Part shown: positions 49,745 through 58,455 of the stretch, piece by piece
How positions within the stretch are numbered: the stretch's first letter is position 1
Layout of the letters: each line of letters starts with the position of its first letter
Assembly (NCBI GenBank): GCA_963762255.1
Contig: CAVXKA010000001.1
Span: 736,001 to 800,000 of the forward strand
Origin: Candidatus Eiseniibacteriota bacterium
GTDB lineage: Bacteria; Eisenbacteria; RBG-16-71-46; JABDJR01
Length of the DNA: 64,000 nt
Direction: 5' to 3'
The notes under the pieces: model-generated
Database searches by the model: none
What the model was told of the DNA's origin: nothing
The model's input: the letters and a program-made list of their open reading frames with translations, nothing else
Program-made: the position numbers and the translations under genes

Positions 49745-52700
49745 TCACTTTCCCGACTCAGGCGGGTTCGCCCCTCCCGCAAGCCTCACGCCTGCAGGTA
49801 CGGGCACTGGTATTGGGGGCGTGGAGTCGCCAGTGAGCAGCCTCCAGTTAGCGGCGGCACAGCGATGCAACCAATCGAGCATCCATGTGTTCAGTCGCTG
49901 GTGATTCGGGTTCGGTGAGTCGTTGGTCTCCCACCGCGCCAAGACTCGATCACCAATCTCACGACGGATAGTCATGCGCTTCCTGTGGTGCTCGACCAAG
50001 ACGCGGAGGCCGACAAAGAACAGTACCTGGTGGGCCGATAGGTGTCCGTCCCCGAGATCACCGGCAAGCTCACGCATGATGCCGTCGATCTGGGACTGTG
50101 CTGGCCAAAAACAAGAAGTCTGTGTCGCATCCAATCCGAGGAGAGCGCATGACCCGCACAGCTCCAAACGGCAGATCGCGCCTTCATCGTTATCGCAGCG
50201 AGAAAGGAAACGAATTAGCCCAGATGCCCTATGAACCAAAGCTTCAGAAGGGAAGTACTCGTGGACGAAGGCGGGCGTCCACGCCCACAGAGAGAATAGG
50301 GCAATTGCGATGTCGCGCGGCGGAAGCCTGATGTAGTTTCTCTCCAGCCACTCTCGGGAGGCAACCCTGTCCAGAAACTGACGGAGATCAGCCTCCGGCG
50401 TCGGTTCGATACTACGAAGAACAGTCGAGACGAGGCCCAATGAAAGCGACTGAGATCTCCATGCGGCGTCCGCGTCCTCCTGAATGAGTAAACATGACAG
50501 CTCCGATAGTATTTCCTGACAGTCACAGCTCCTGAGGAGCCCAGCGATGCGCGGAAACAACCTCGCGTCGCGCAGCACAGGCTCCAAGCGAGGGTGGTGG
50601 ACACCTTGAGCTCGAAATTCAACGGCGATTGTGTGGCGCACCAGATCTGCAAGTTCAGGAAACACGTCGACCGCGTACTGGAGGAATCCGTTGAGGCTAC
50701 CAGATTCAGTGTCCGACGCCGTTCGGACGACTTTGGCGCAGCTCCTATCGGCGGTCAATCCGTGACGGATTGCCTCAAATGTCTCGGGGAGCGCGATCGC
50801 TGCGTATTCTGCAAAATTTTGCAGATCACCGAGTCTCGAGTCTACCGCGGTCTGCACCAACTTCCCTTGGTTCGCCTCCACCAAGAACGCTGCGCGGATC
50901 GCCTCGAAGGCCGTCGGCATTTGCACTTCGGCGTACTCCAAGAAGTTGCGGAGAGCATGCAGGGGCGAGGCCACCGCCGTCTCTACCAATCGTCTCTGAT
51001 TGTCCGCCACAGAGAAGGCTACTCGAATCGCATCGAACGCCTCCGGCATCTTGACTTCCGCGTACTCCAAGAAGTTCCGGAGGGTATGCAGAGGCGAGGC
51101 CACCGTTGTCTCTACCAATCGCTTCTGATTGTCCGTCACGGAGAAGGCCGCTCGAATCGCACCGAACGCCTCCGGCATATTGGCTTCCACGTACTCCACG
51201 AAGTTCCGGAGAAAATGCAGCGGGGTCTCCAAGATGGCTTGGACGAGTCGTTCTTGGTTCTCCGCCAGTAAGAACGCAGCACTGATCGCATCGAACGCTT
51301 CCGGAATCTTGACTTCCACGTACTCCATGAAGTTCCGGAGAAAATGCAGCGGTGTTTCCAGGACAGCGCGGGCCAGCGCTTTCCGATTGGCCTCGGCGGA
51401 TAACGCGTCGGTGATTGAAGCATACGCTGCGGGTAGTCTAGCTTCAGCGTATTCCAAGAAATTGGGCAGGTATCCCAGGTGCGAATCCAACGCAGCCTGC
51501 CCGAGCTTTGGCAGGCGGGCCTCATCCGAGAGCGCGGTTATGATCACTTCATACGTTTTCGGCAAGTGGACTTCTGTGTATTCCAGGAGGTCCCGCATCT
51601 CTCCAAGTGGGATGTCGAACACCGCCTGAGCCAAGTTGGCGGACCCACTCAAACGCCGGTCCAACGCCGTTTGCGAGAGCACCGATAACTCCAGTAACTG
51701 TTGACACTCGTCGTGCAGATGAGACACCCCGAATGTGATGAGGCGACCGAATGCGTCCTCGGCGTTGAATGCCGCCAAGAGGATGCGCTTGGCCGCGTCA
51801 GCGTCACCCTGCACGCGGCGCACGCGACTGGCCATGAGACAGGCGAAGCGCGGATTGCGCCGGCCGACTTCACATTTGTGGTCAAGGGAGGACGTGGTCG
51901 GTGTGGCCGCCGCCCACAAGAGTCGTCCCATGCCAGGATGATGGAAGCAGTAGCGGTGGAATTGACCATCACGGCCGTGGGCGGAATGCCAGACAAGTCC
52001 ATGTTGCACGCTCATCTCGAACTGGTCGGGATAAGGCAGTGCCTCCGTGGGAACGTGCAACTCCAAGTCGGCGCACGCCGCCAGGGCAATCAGGTTCTCG
52101 CGCTCTCGAGCGTCAAGCGGATACCCAGGTCGGTCGAGGTACTCCTCGCGAATGTAGTCGGCAGCGTCTGCTTCTGCCAGTCCATACTCGCCGCGCAGGA
52201 TTCTGGAAAGCTTGCGACGCGCGGCGAGGCTAAACGCCACCAGATCCCCGCCAAAGACTCTGAGCCACGTGTCCAGCACAGAGTCAGGGAGCAGTGGTCG
52301 CGACGGTACGCCCCCCCCCCGCCGCGCGATCAGTCGCTGAAGCACTCCGACCAAGTCGGCTGACTCTACCTCGAGCGTCAAAGCTGTGCGGCGCAAATCT
52401 GCGAGTGGTGATTGTCGACCGCGCCGATCCGGTCCCTTCTCTGTCAATCGTCCTTGAAACAGGAGGCGGACGGGGCAGCCGTGGTCTCGCCACGCGAGGT
52501 AGATGCTTGCGGCAAGTCGCTCGGCGACGTGGATATTGTCTATGATTACGAGCGTCTCCCTCCCGCTCAATTGAGCGACTGCGGCCAGAGCAGCCTGGCA
52601 GGACACAGCCGTCTCCGGGTCATCGTCGGCCTCAGCGAGGTCGCAATAGAATGCTCGACTGGGACCGAGCTCCGAGTCGAAGGCGAGTAGGAACGCAAGG

Positions 52701-53374
52701 GTGGTCTTACCCGATGCCCCCTTACCAAGAACGCAGGCGAATCGGCCTGTCTTCAGCGCTGTCTCCACCGAACTTGCAAGCGAGGGTCGGTGAACCCGGT
52801 GTTCCCTGTATTCCCGCTGCGATGGGCTGAAGGCATTTGGGTCACTATCATCGCCGAAACGATGCGATGCGTCTAAGACACGGATGAACGGACTGATGGC
52901 CTGGGCCGCAGGCGAACGTCTCCTGAGAAGCCAATTGTGAAGATCAGTGGCAAGGCATGTCGCTAACTGATCGGGCGTGCTGAAATCGGTGACTGTGAGA
53001 TTGCTACGGAGCTCTTCCTTCAATGCAGCGAGCCGCTGCGCCTTGTTCGGATCGAACTCTCGTTGCTCGGGGGTGATAGCCGCATCCAGCTTGATGTAGA
53101 TATAGCAGGGCAGCCCCATCTTCCTCGCGCGCCGGTACTCCTGCTCAGTGATGCCGGAACTGTAACTGCCGCCGAAAATGCCTACGTAGAGCTGGCTGCA
53201 ATCGACCTCATCTAGAGATGTCTGGGATGTGTCACCTCCGCGGCTGCCAAAGTACTCCATACCGTGGAACTTGGTCTCATGAAATCGCTGCAGGACCTTC
53301 TCGACCGCTAGACGCTCCGCCTGGAGCTCCCGCCAGGTCGAGCTGACGAAGACACGAATGTCAACCTGAGCCAT
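49745..53374 (-). CDS. DUF4062 - STAND-like P-loop NTPase - 8 x 43-aa helical repeat protein (NLR-like, putative antiphage)
   Basis: RVFVSSTWRELQAER...SGITEQEYRRA (DUF4062), Walker A GKGASGKTT, Walker B LVIIDNIH, and tandem repeats. Visibly more AT-rich than flanking genes. Confidence 0.8.
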   Translation of the reverse strand: MAQVDIRVFVSSTWRELQAERLAVEKVLQRFHETKFHGMEYFGSRGGDTSQTSLDEVDCSQLYVGIFGGSYSSGITEQEYRRARKMGLPCYIYIKLDAAITPEQREFDPNKAQRLAALKEELRSNLTVTDFSTPDQLATCLATDLHNWLLRRRSPAAQAISPFIRVLDASHRFGDDSDPNAFSPSQREYREHRVHRPSLASSVETALKTGRFACVLGKGASGKTTLAFLLAFDSELGPSRAFYCDLAEADDDPETAVSCQAALAAVAQLSGRETLVIIDNIHVAERLAASIYLAWRDHGCPVRLLFQGRLTEKGPDRRGRQSPLADLRRTALTLEVESADLVGVLQRLIARRGGGVPSRPLLPDSVLDTWLRVFGGDLVAFSLAARRKLSRILRGEYGLAEADAADYIREEYLDRPGYPLDARERENLIALAACADLELHVPTEALPYPDQFEMSVQHGLVWHSAHGRDGQFHRYCFHHPGMGRLLWAAATPTTSSLDHKCEVGRRNPRFACLMASRVRRVQGDADAAKRILLAAFNAEDAFGRLITFGVSHLHDECQQLLELSVLSQTALDRRLSGSANLAQAVFDIPLGEMRDLLEYTEVHLPKTYEVIITALSDEARLPKLGQAALDSHLGYLPNFLEYAEARLPAAYASITDALSAEANRKALARAVLETPLHFLRNFMEYVEVKIPEAFDAISAAFLLAENQERLVQAILETPLHFLRNFVEYVEANMPEAFGAIRAAFSVTDNQKRLVETTVASPLHTLRNFLEYAEVKMPEAFDAIRVAFSVADNQRRLVETAVASPLHALRNFLEYAEVQMPTAFEAIRAAFLVEANQGKLVQTAVDSRLGDLQNFAEYAAIALPETFEAIRHGLTADRSCAKVVRTASDTESGSLNGFLQYAVDVFPELADLVRHTIAVEFRAQGVHHPRLEPVLRDARLFPRIAGLLRSCDCQEILSELSCLLIQEDADAAWRSQSLSLGLVSTVLRSIEPTPEADLRQFLDRVASREWLERNYIRLPPRDIAIALFSLWAWTPAFVHEYFPSEALVHRASGLIRFLSRCDNDEGAICRLELCGSCALLGLDATQTSCFWPAQSQIDGIMRELAGDLGDGHLSAHQVLFFVGLRVLVEHHRKRMTIRREIGDRVLARWETNDSPNPNHQRLNTWMLDWLHRCAAANWRLLTGDSTPPIPVPVPAGVRLAGGANPPESGK
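50610..51634 (-). repeat. Intragenic 129-bp (43-aa) tandem repeats, about 8 copies
   Basis: For example LVETTVASPLHTLRNFLEYAEVKMPEAFDAIRVAFSVADNQRR / LVETAVASPLHALRNFLEYAEVQMPTAFEAIRAAFLVEANQGK. Confidence 0.9.
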
Positions 53375-53637
53375 GCACTCCACCGATCTCCTCACCGCGC
53401 ACCGCATGGTGATAGTAATAACTGAAGATCGCTTCGCGCGCACGCCTGCCGCGACAGCGCATCCGCATGACGGTCAGAGCGTCAGCAAATTGTACCGTAT
53501 CACACATTTTTGCGCAGCCGCGTGATGAAGCGCCACCACGCGGAGCGCCAGCGAAGTGCCACCGCGGCAGGAGAATTCGGGACCGGCGGCAGCTCCCGGG
53601 GTGATCTCGCCCGTGAGCCGATCCGCGAGCCTCGGCG

Positions 53638-54156
53638 CTACAACCTCGTGATGCGCACCTCGTCCTGGCCGTCGCGCACGTGCACGAGGTCGCCTCGGGG
53701 GGCGTGACGCAGTGCCTTGATCACTTCCATGGTGGAGAACCCCTGGCCGTCATGGGCGGCCAGGATCCGCGCCACCGACTTGAGCGGCACGCGGCAGTGC
53801 ACCTGCTCCTCCCCCTCCTTCACGTCGACGGTGATGCACTTGCCCTCCTTGCGCACCAACACCGACTCGTCGCCCTCCACGACCTCGGCGATGACGAAGT
53901 CGGGGCAGCGCGAGAGTTCCTCGGCGAGGCGCACCCCGATCTCCTGATACTGGCCGAGATCCTCGCACTTCACGTAGCGTGCCTCGTCGGGCGCGAGCGA
54001 CAGCGCGGCCTGGGCCACGATCAGCGGGACCGGGATCACGATGTGCGTCCCGTCAGGCCCACCCTCGCGCACATCTACGAGCAGAACGCCGGTGGCGCCC
54101 AGGAAGAGCGCGGAGGCGAGGAACGGCGTGGCTATGATGGCTCCGACCTTCAGCAT
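53638..54156 (-). CDS. Hypothetical membrane-anchored/exported protein
   Basis: N-terminal hydrophobic segment; paralog-like to 54192..54749 (GDLVHVRDGQDEVRI vs GEIVRVEDGDDTVRI). Confidence 0.7.
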   Translation of the reverse strand: MLKVGAIIATPFLASALFLGATGVLLVDVREGGPDGTHIVIPVPLIVAQAALSLAPDEARYVKCEDLGQYQEIGVRLAEELSRCPDFVIAEVVEGDESVLVRKEGKCITVDVKEGEEQVHCRVPLKSVARILAAHDGQGFSTMEVIKALRHAPRGDLVHVRDGQDEVRITRL

Positions 54157-54191
54157 GACATGCCCCCACTTCTACGGCCCCGAAGCCGCGA

Positions 54192-54749
54192 TCAGTCGAT
54201 CCAGATGCGGACTGTGTCGTCGCCGTCTTCGACGCGAACGATCTCGCCCTTTTTCATATCCTTCATCTTGCCGACGGCGGCTGCGACGTCCAGCTCGTTG
54301 CCCTCGCCGCTCAGGAGCGCGTCCACCACGGCGACCGGCAGCTCGATGCGCACCTTCTCGCCCTCGTCGCCGTCCACGTTCACGAACACGCTCTCGCCCC
54401 TGCGGGAGACGCTCACCGTCTCGTCGCCGTCCTTGACGGTCACGAACTCGGCGTCGCCCGCGCGGCGGACCTCGGCCCACATCTCGCGCATGTCCTCGAG
54501 GGTGAAGTCCTCGTCCTCGACGCGGAAGTGCGAGTGGCCGCCCGACTTCTCTTGGGCCATCTTGAGCGCGACGTCGGCCAGGGAGATGGGCAGGTTCACG
54601 TTCACGGTGGCCCCGTCACCGTCGTGCTCGCGCACTTCGATGTGGATCCAGGGACCGTTGGAGGCCTCGTCCTTCTGCCCCGCGAACGCGAGGGCGGGAA
54701 GGGCCAGGGCCAGGGTCAGGAATGCGATGCAGAGGATTCTCTTGTTCAT
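54192..54749 (-). CDS. Hypothetical secreted protein with internal duplication
   Basis: Signal peptide MNKRILCIAFLTLALALPALAFA; repeated V.V.LP..L/VVD and V.V.DGD.TV units. Confidence 0.75.
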   Translation of the reverse strand: MNKRILCIAFLTLALALPALAFAGQKDEASNGPWIHIEVREHDGDGATVNVNLPISLADVALKMAQEKSGGHSHFRVEDEDFTLEDMREMWAEVRRAGDAEFVTVKDGDETVSVSRRGESVFVNVDGDEGEKVRIELPVAVVDALLSGEGNELDVAAAVGKMKDMKKGEIVRVEDGDDTVRIWID

Positions 54750-54766
54750 GGCCGGCTCCCGTTGAG

Positions 54767-54860
54767 GTAGACCCCCACCGGCCCGCGAGGGGTTGCAGGG
54801 CGCGGTGCGTTTTCTGAGGATGGCTCCCGGGTCTACGCAGAGGGACCGGCCCGGGTTGCA
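54767..54860 (-). promoter_or_regulatory. Two tandem ECF-type promoters
   Basis: Minus strand TGCAACCC-N14-GCGTAGAC (54860-54831) and TGCAACCC-N15-GGGTCTAC (54797-54767), resembling AAC/CGT ECF promoters. Confidence 0.55.
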
Positions 54861-54929
54861 GGGGGTTCGAGGGGAGCCGGCCGACGGGGGGTTGCTGGGG
54901 GTTCGGCTGGGACCGGCCGGCCGGGGGGC

Positions 54930-55373
54930 CTATGCGCCCAGCAGGGTCCTCACCGCCGCCTGGACGTCCTTTCCGTCCACGCGGGAGCCGTGCTCGCCCA
55001 TGACTACCTTCATGACCTTGCCCATATCCTTTGCCGAGGTCGCGCCGGTCGTCTCGATGGCCTCCTTCACGATCTCCAGGAGCGCGGGGCCCGAGAGCAT
55101 CTGGGGCAGGTAGACGCTCAGCATCTCGGCTTCCTTGGCTTCGGTGTCTGCCAGGTCGGCCCGGTTGCCCGCTCGGTACGCCTCGACCGCCTCTTCGCGC
55201 TTCTTCACCGCTTTGCGCAGAACCTGGACCACGTCCTCGTCGGTCAGGTCGCGCATCTTCTCGATGCGGACGTTCTTGATCTCGGACAGCGTCATGCGCA
55301 ATACGCTCAGGCGCAGCGTGTCGCGGGCTTTCATGGCGGTCTTGACGTCTTCGTTGAGGCGGTCGATCAGCAT
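54930..55373 (-). CDS. GatB/YqeY domain protein
   Basis: DVKTAMKARD..RLSVLRM, YLPQML, KDMGKVM, RVDGK. Confidence 0.92.
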   Translation of the reverse strand: MLIDRLNEDVKTAMKARDTLRLSVLRMTLSEIKNVRIEKMRDLTDEDVVQVLRKAVKKREEAVEAYRAGNRADLADTEAKEAEMLSVYLPQMLSGPALLEIVKEAIETTGATSAKDMGKVMKVVMGEHGSRVDGKDVQAAVRTLLGA

Positions 55374-55479
55374 GGCGACTCCGTTTCACTTGGGTCGGGG
55401 ACGGGGGCCGAGGCCGCTCAACGCTACCAGAGAGGCGTGGCCGGGGACAATCCGCACGAGCCGGTGCTAGTCTCGCGGC

Positions 55480-56019
55480 ATGACACGCGAGCGCAATTTC
55501 GGCGAGAAGCGATTGGTCGTGATGCCGGGCGACATCACCGAGCAGCGCGTGGACGCGATCGTCAACGCCGCCAACGAGTGGCTCGTCCACGGGGGCGGGG
55601 TCGCAGGCGCGATCTCCCGCGCTGCCGGGCCGCGGCTCCAGGAAGAGTCGAGCCCGAAGGCGCCCATTCGCGCCGGCGAGGCGGTGGCTACCTCTGGCTG
55701 GCGGCTGCCTGCGAAGCACGTGATCCACACCGTGGGGCCGCGAGGCGGGGACGAGGACGGCGACGTCGTGCTTTTGAGCGCGGTCGAGAGTTCGTTGCGC
55801 GTGGCGGAGGAGAACGGCGTGCGCTCGATCGCGTTCCCTGCGATCTCGGCAGGCATCTTCGGATACCCGCTCGAATCGGTGGCGCGGATTCTGGTGGGAG
55901 CGGCCGCGGCGTGGCTTCGCGATCCCGCGCACGCGATCGAGGAGATCCGATTCGTGCTCTTCGATGCGCGCACGTTGCGCGCCTTCGAGGCGGCGCTGGA
56001 CGCGGAAACCGCGGACTGA
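55480..56019 (+). CDS. Macro domain protein (ADP-ribose hydrolase family)
   Basis: GDIT, DAIVNAAN, GGGVAGAI, IHTVGP, FPAISAGIFGYP. Confidence 0.92.
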   Translation: MTRERNFGEKRLVVMPGDITEQRVDAIVNAANEWLVHGGGVAGAISRAAGPRLQEESSPKAPIRAGEAVATSGWRLPAKHVIHTVGPRGGDEDGDVVLLSAVESSLRVAEENGVRSIAFPAISAGIFGYPLESVARILVGAAAAWLRDPAHAIEEIRFVLFDARTLRAFEAALDAETAD

Positions 56020-56061
56020 CACGAGCCCGGCTGACACGCGCCCGGCCCCGTGCGGGCTGAT

Positions 56062-56682
56062 CTATAGGAACGGCTCCGGGTCGCCTTTCCCCTCGCGCAG
56101 GACCCGCGGCGTTTCCTCGGTGAGGTCCACCACCGTGGTCGGATCGGCCGGGCAGAACCCGCCGTCGATGATGAGATCCACCTGGTTCTCGAGATGCGTG
56201 CGGATCTCGATGGCCTCGGAGAGCGGCTGCTCCTCGCCGGGCAGGATGAGCGTCGTGCTCATCATTGGCTCGTCGAGCTCCGCCAGGAGCGCCAGCGTGA
56301 TGCGGTGATCGGGCACGCGGAGCCCGATCGTCTTGCGCTTGGGGTGCAAGAGCCGGCGCGGCACTTCCTTGGTCGCGCGCAGGATGAACGTATAGGAGCC
56401 CGGCGTGTTCGAGCGCAGGATGCGATAGATACGGTCGTCGAAGTTCGCGTAGGTGGCCGATTCCGAGAGATCGCGGCAGATCAACGTGAAGTTGTGATCG
56501 GGGCCGAGCGAGCGGATGCGGCGGATGCGCTCGAGGCCCTCCTTGTTACCGATCGAGCAGCCAAGCGCGTAACCCGAATCGGTGGGATACGCGACGACGC
56601 CTCCATCGTGAACGATGTCCACCGCCTGCCGAATCAGGCGGTCCTGCGGGTTCTGGGGATGGATCTCGAGTTGAAGCGTCAT
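56062..56682 (-). CDS. yciO: Sua5/YciO/YrdC family protein (YciO-like)
   Basis: IHPQNPQ.RLI, YPTDSGYALGC, HNFTLIC, KTIGLRVP. Confidence 0.85.
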   Translation of the reverse strand: MTLQLEIHPQNPQDRLIRQAVDIVHDGGVVAYPTDSGYALGCSIGNKEGLERIRRIRSLGPDHNFTLICRDLSESATYANFDDRIYRILRSNTPGSYTFILRATKEVPRRLLHPKRKTIGLRVPDHRITLALLAELDEPMMSTTLILPGEEQPLSEAIEIRTHLENQVDLIIDGGFCPADPTTVVDLTEETPRVLREGKGDPEPFL

Positions 56683-56693
56683 CGCGTGTCCGC

Positions 56694-57392
56694 CTACCCC
56701 CCGATCCAGCGGGCGATGAAATACGCGGCGGCCGCGGCGACCCCGCCGATCAGCGTGGTCTGCACGGCGCTGCGCAGCACGCGCGTTCCGGTGAAGTGCC
56801 CTTTGATCCCGCCGAACACAGCGAGGGCCGCCAGGGTGAGCACGACCGAGATGGGGAGTGCCCGCTGCGGCGAGCCGAGCGCGATGTAGGGCGAGAGCGG
56901 GATCAAACCGCCCACGATGTAAGCGCCGCCGATCGTGAGCGCCGAGCGCAGCGCGCGACGCGGGTCGGGCTCTTCCAGCCCCAACTCGAAACGCATCATG
57001 AAGTCGACCCATCGGGTCGGATTCCGCCGAAGCGCGGCAACTACCGGCGCGCTCTCCTCGGGCGGGATGCTGTAGCCCTCGAAGATCTCCACGATCTCCG
57101 CGCTTTCCGTGTCGGGGACCTCATCGATCTCCCGCTCCTCGCGCGCCCGCTCGCTCGCGTAGTGCTCCATGTCCCCGCGCGCGGCGAGGAACCCGCCGAG
57201 ACCCATCGCGATCGCACCCGCAGCGATCTCGGCGGCGCCCGCGGTGACGATGATCCTGGCCGAGTCGATGGCCCCGGTGAGACCGGCGGCCAGGGCGAAC
57301 GGGACGGTGAGGCCGTCGGCCATGCCGATGACGATGTCGCGCACGGACTCGCCTGCGGTGAAGTGCTTTTCGAGGTGAGGCGTTGTCGGCAT
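56694..57392 (-). CDS. VIT1/CCC1 family iron/manganese transporter
   Basis: VRDIVIGMADGLTVPFALAAG, MMRFELGL, GLIPLSPY. Confidence 0.92.
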   Translation of the reverse strand: MPTTPHLEKHFTAGESVRDIVIGMADGLTVPFALAAGLTGAIDSARIIVTAGAAEIAAGAIAMGLGGFLAARGDMEHYASERAREEREIDEVPDTESAEIVEIFEGYSIPPEESAPVVAALRRNPTRWVDFMMRFELGLEEPDPRRALRSALTIGGAYIVGGLIPLSPYIALGSPQRALPISVVLTLAALAVFGGIKGHFTGTRVLRSAVQTTLIGGVAAAAAYFIARWIGG

Positions 57393-57417
57393 CGACTTCC
57401 CTCTTCCGGCCCGCGGC

Positions 57418-58455
57418 CTAACGCGCCTGCCGAAACTCGGCGAGCAGGTCGCGCGGGCGTATCTCGGCGGCGGCGAGCAGCACCTCGGGGAGGATGGACG
57501 CGGTGGGATAGCAGAGATAGCGCGTCTCCCACTCCGGATGGAACTTACGCTTGAACGCATGGAGTCCGGCGAACCGGTACCGGCCGTGCGCGTGGCGGAA
57601 GACCCAGTCGAGGCCGCGCTCCATCCAACCCGCGTGCGGGCCCGTTCCAAGTCCGGAGAGAGGAGAGAGCCCCAGGTTGAGCCACGCGCGCCCTTCCCGG
57701 CGGTAGAGGTGCGCGATCCCGGTGAGGAGCGCGTCCATGCTGCCCGGCGGCATGCCCGCGCGGTGCCTCATGAGATCGACCGCCCCTTCATCCGAGCGGT
57801 ATCCCTCGAGGAGGCTGACGAACGCCATCGTTCTGCCGCGCCGGTCGTGCAACACCCCGAGGCGGTGGCGATCGAGATGACGCGGATCGAACCAACCCGA
57901 GCCGAACCGACGCTCCGGCACGCCGCGAGAGCGAAGCCACCGGTCGGAGATATCGCTGACTGCGGCGAGGCGATCGTCGCCGTGAGGCGGCGTCCAGACC
58001 TCGACGCGCACCCCGTCCCGCACCGCGCGCCGCACGCTCTTGCGCAGCGAGCGGAAACGGCTCTCGTCCAGATTCAACTCCTGCACCGACACGCGCGCCT
58101 CGAGGCCGATAGGCAGGATGCGGAAGCCCTCTTCCAGGAAAAGCCCGAGGCGCTCCCCCGAAACGGGCACCCACGCCGGGTGAAGCCCGCGCACGCGGCA
58201 GTGCTCGCTGAACGCGCGCACGGCGCCGCGCAGCGCGGAAGGCGGCCCCGCCGGTTCGTCGAGGGCCAGTGCGATCCGGCCCGAGCGCATGTAAGAAACC
58301 ACCGCGCCCGCCACGAGGTGATCGTAGTTGGGCAGGAGCGCCACCCTCGAGTACTGGGTGGTTCCCCATTCTTCCACCAGCGCGTGTACCCGTCCGGGTA
58401 TCTCGTGCGACGTGCGCGTGCGCGCCGGCTGCGCCTGCGGAATCCCGTGACTCAT
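57418..58455 (-). CDS. Stand-alone DUF2156 (MprF C-terminal aminoacyl-transferase) domain protein
   Basis: IGLEARV, ISDRWL, VDLMRH, LNLGLSPL, YRFAGLHAFKRKFHPEWETRYL; no TM domain. Confidence 0.82.
   Translation of the reverse strand: MSHGIPQAQPARTRTSHEIPGRVHALVEEWGTTQYSRVALLPNYDHLVAGAVVSYMRSGRIALALDEPAGPPSALRGAVRAFSEHCRVRGLHPAWVPVSGERLGLFLEEGFRILPIGLEARVSVQELNLDESRFRSLRKSVRRAVRDGVRVEVWTPPHGDDRLAAVSDISDRWLRSRGVPERRFGSGWFDPRHLDRHRLGVLHDRRGRTMAFVSLLEGYRSDEGAVDLMRHRAGMPPGSMDALLTGIAHLYRREGRAWLNLGLSPLSGLGTGPHAGWMERGLDWVFRHAHGRYRFAGLHAFKRKFHPEWETRYLCYPTASILPEVLLAAAEIRPRDLLAEFRQAR

Noticed and set aside
49544-53788. DGR template/variable repeat pair
   Set aside because: Mismatches are mostly G/C swaps rather than adenine-specific, and there is no reverse transcriptase in the window.
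54860-54930. G-quadruplex-forming G-runs (also 40151-40180)
   Set aside because: Expected by chance at this GC content; no independent support.
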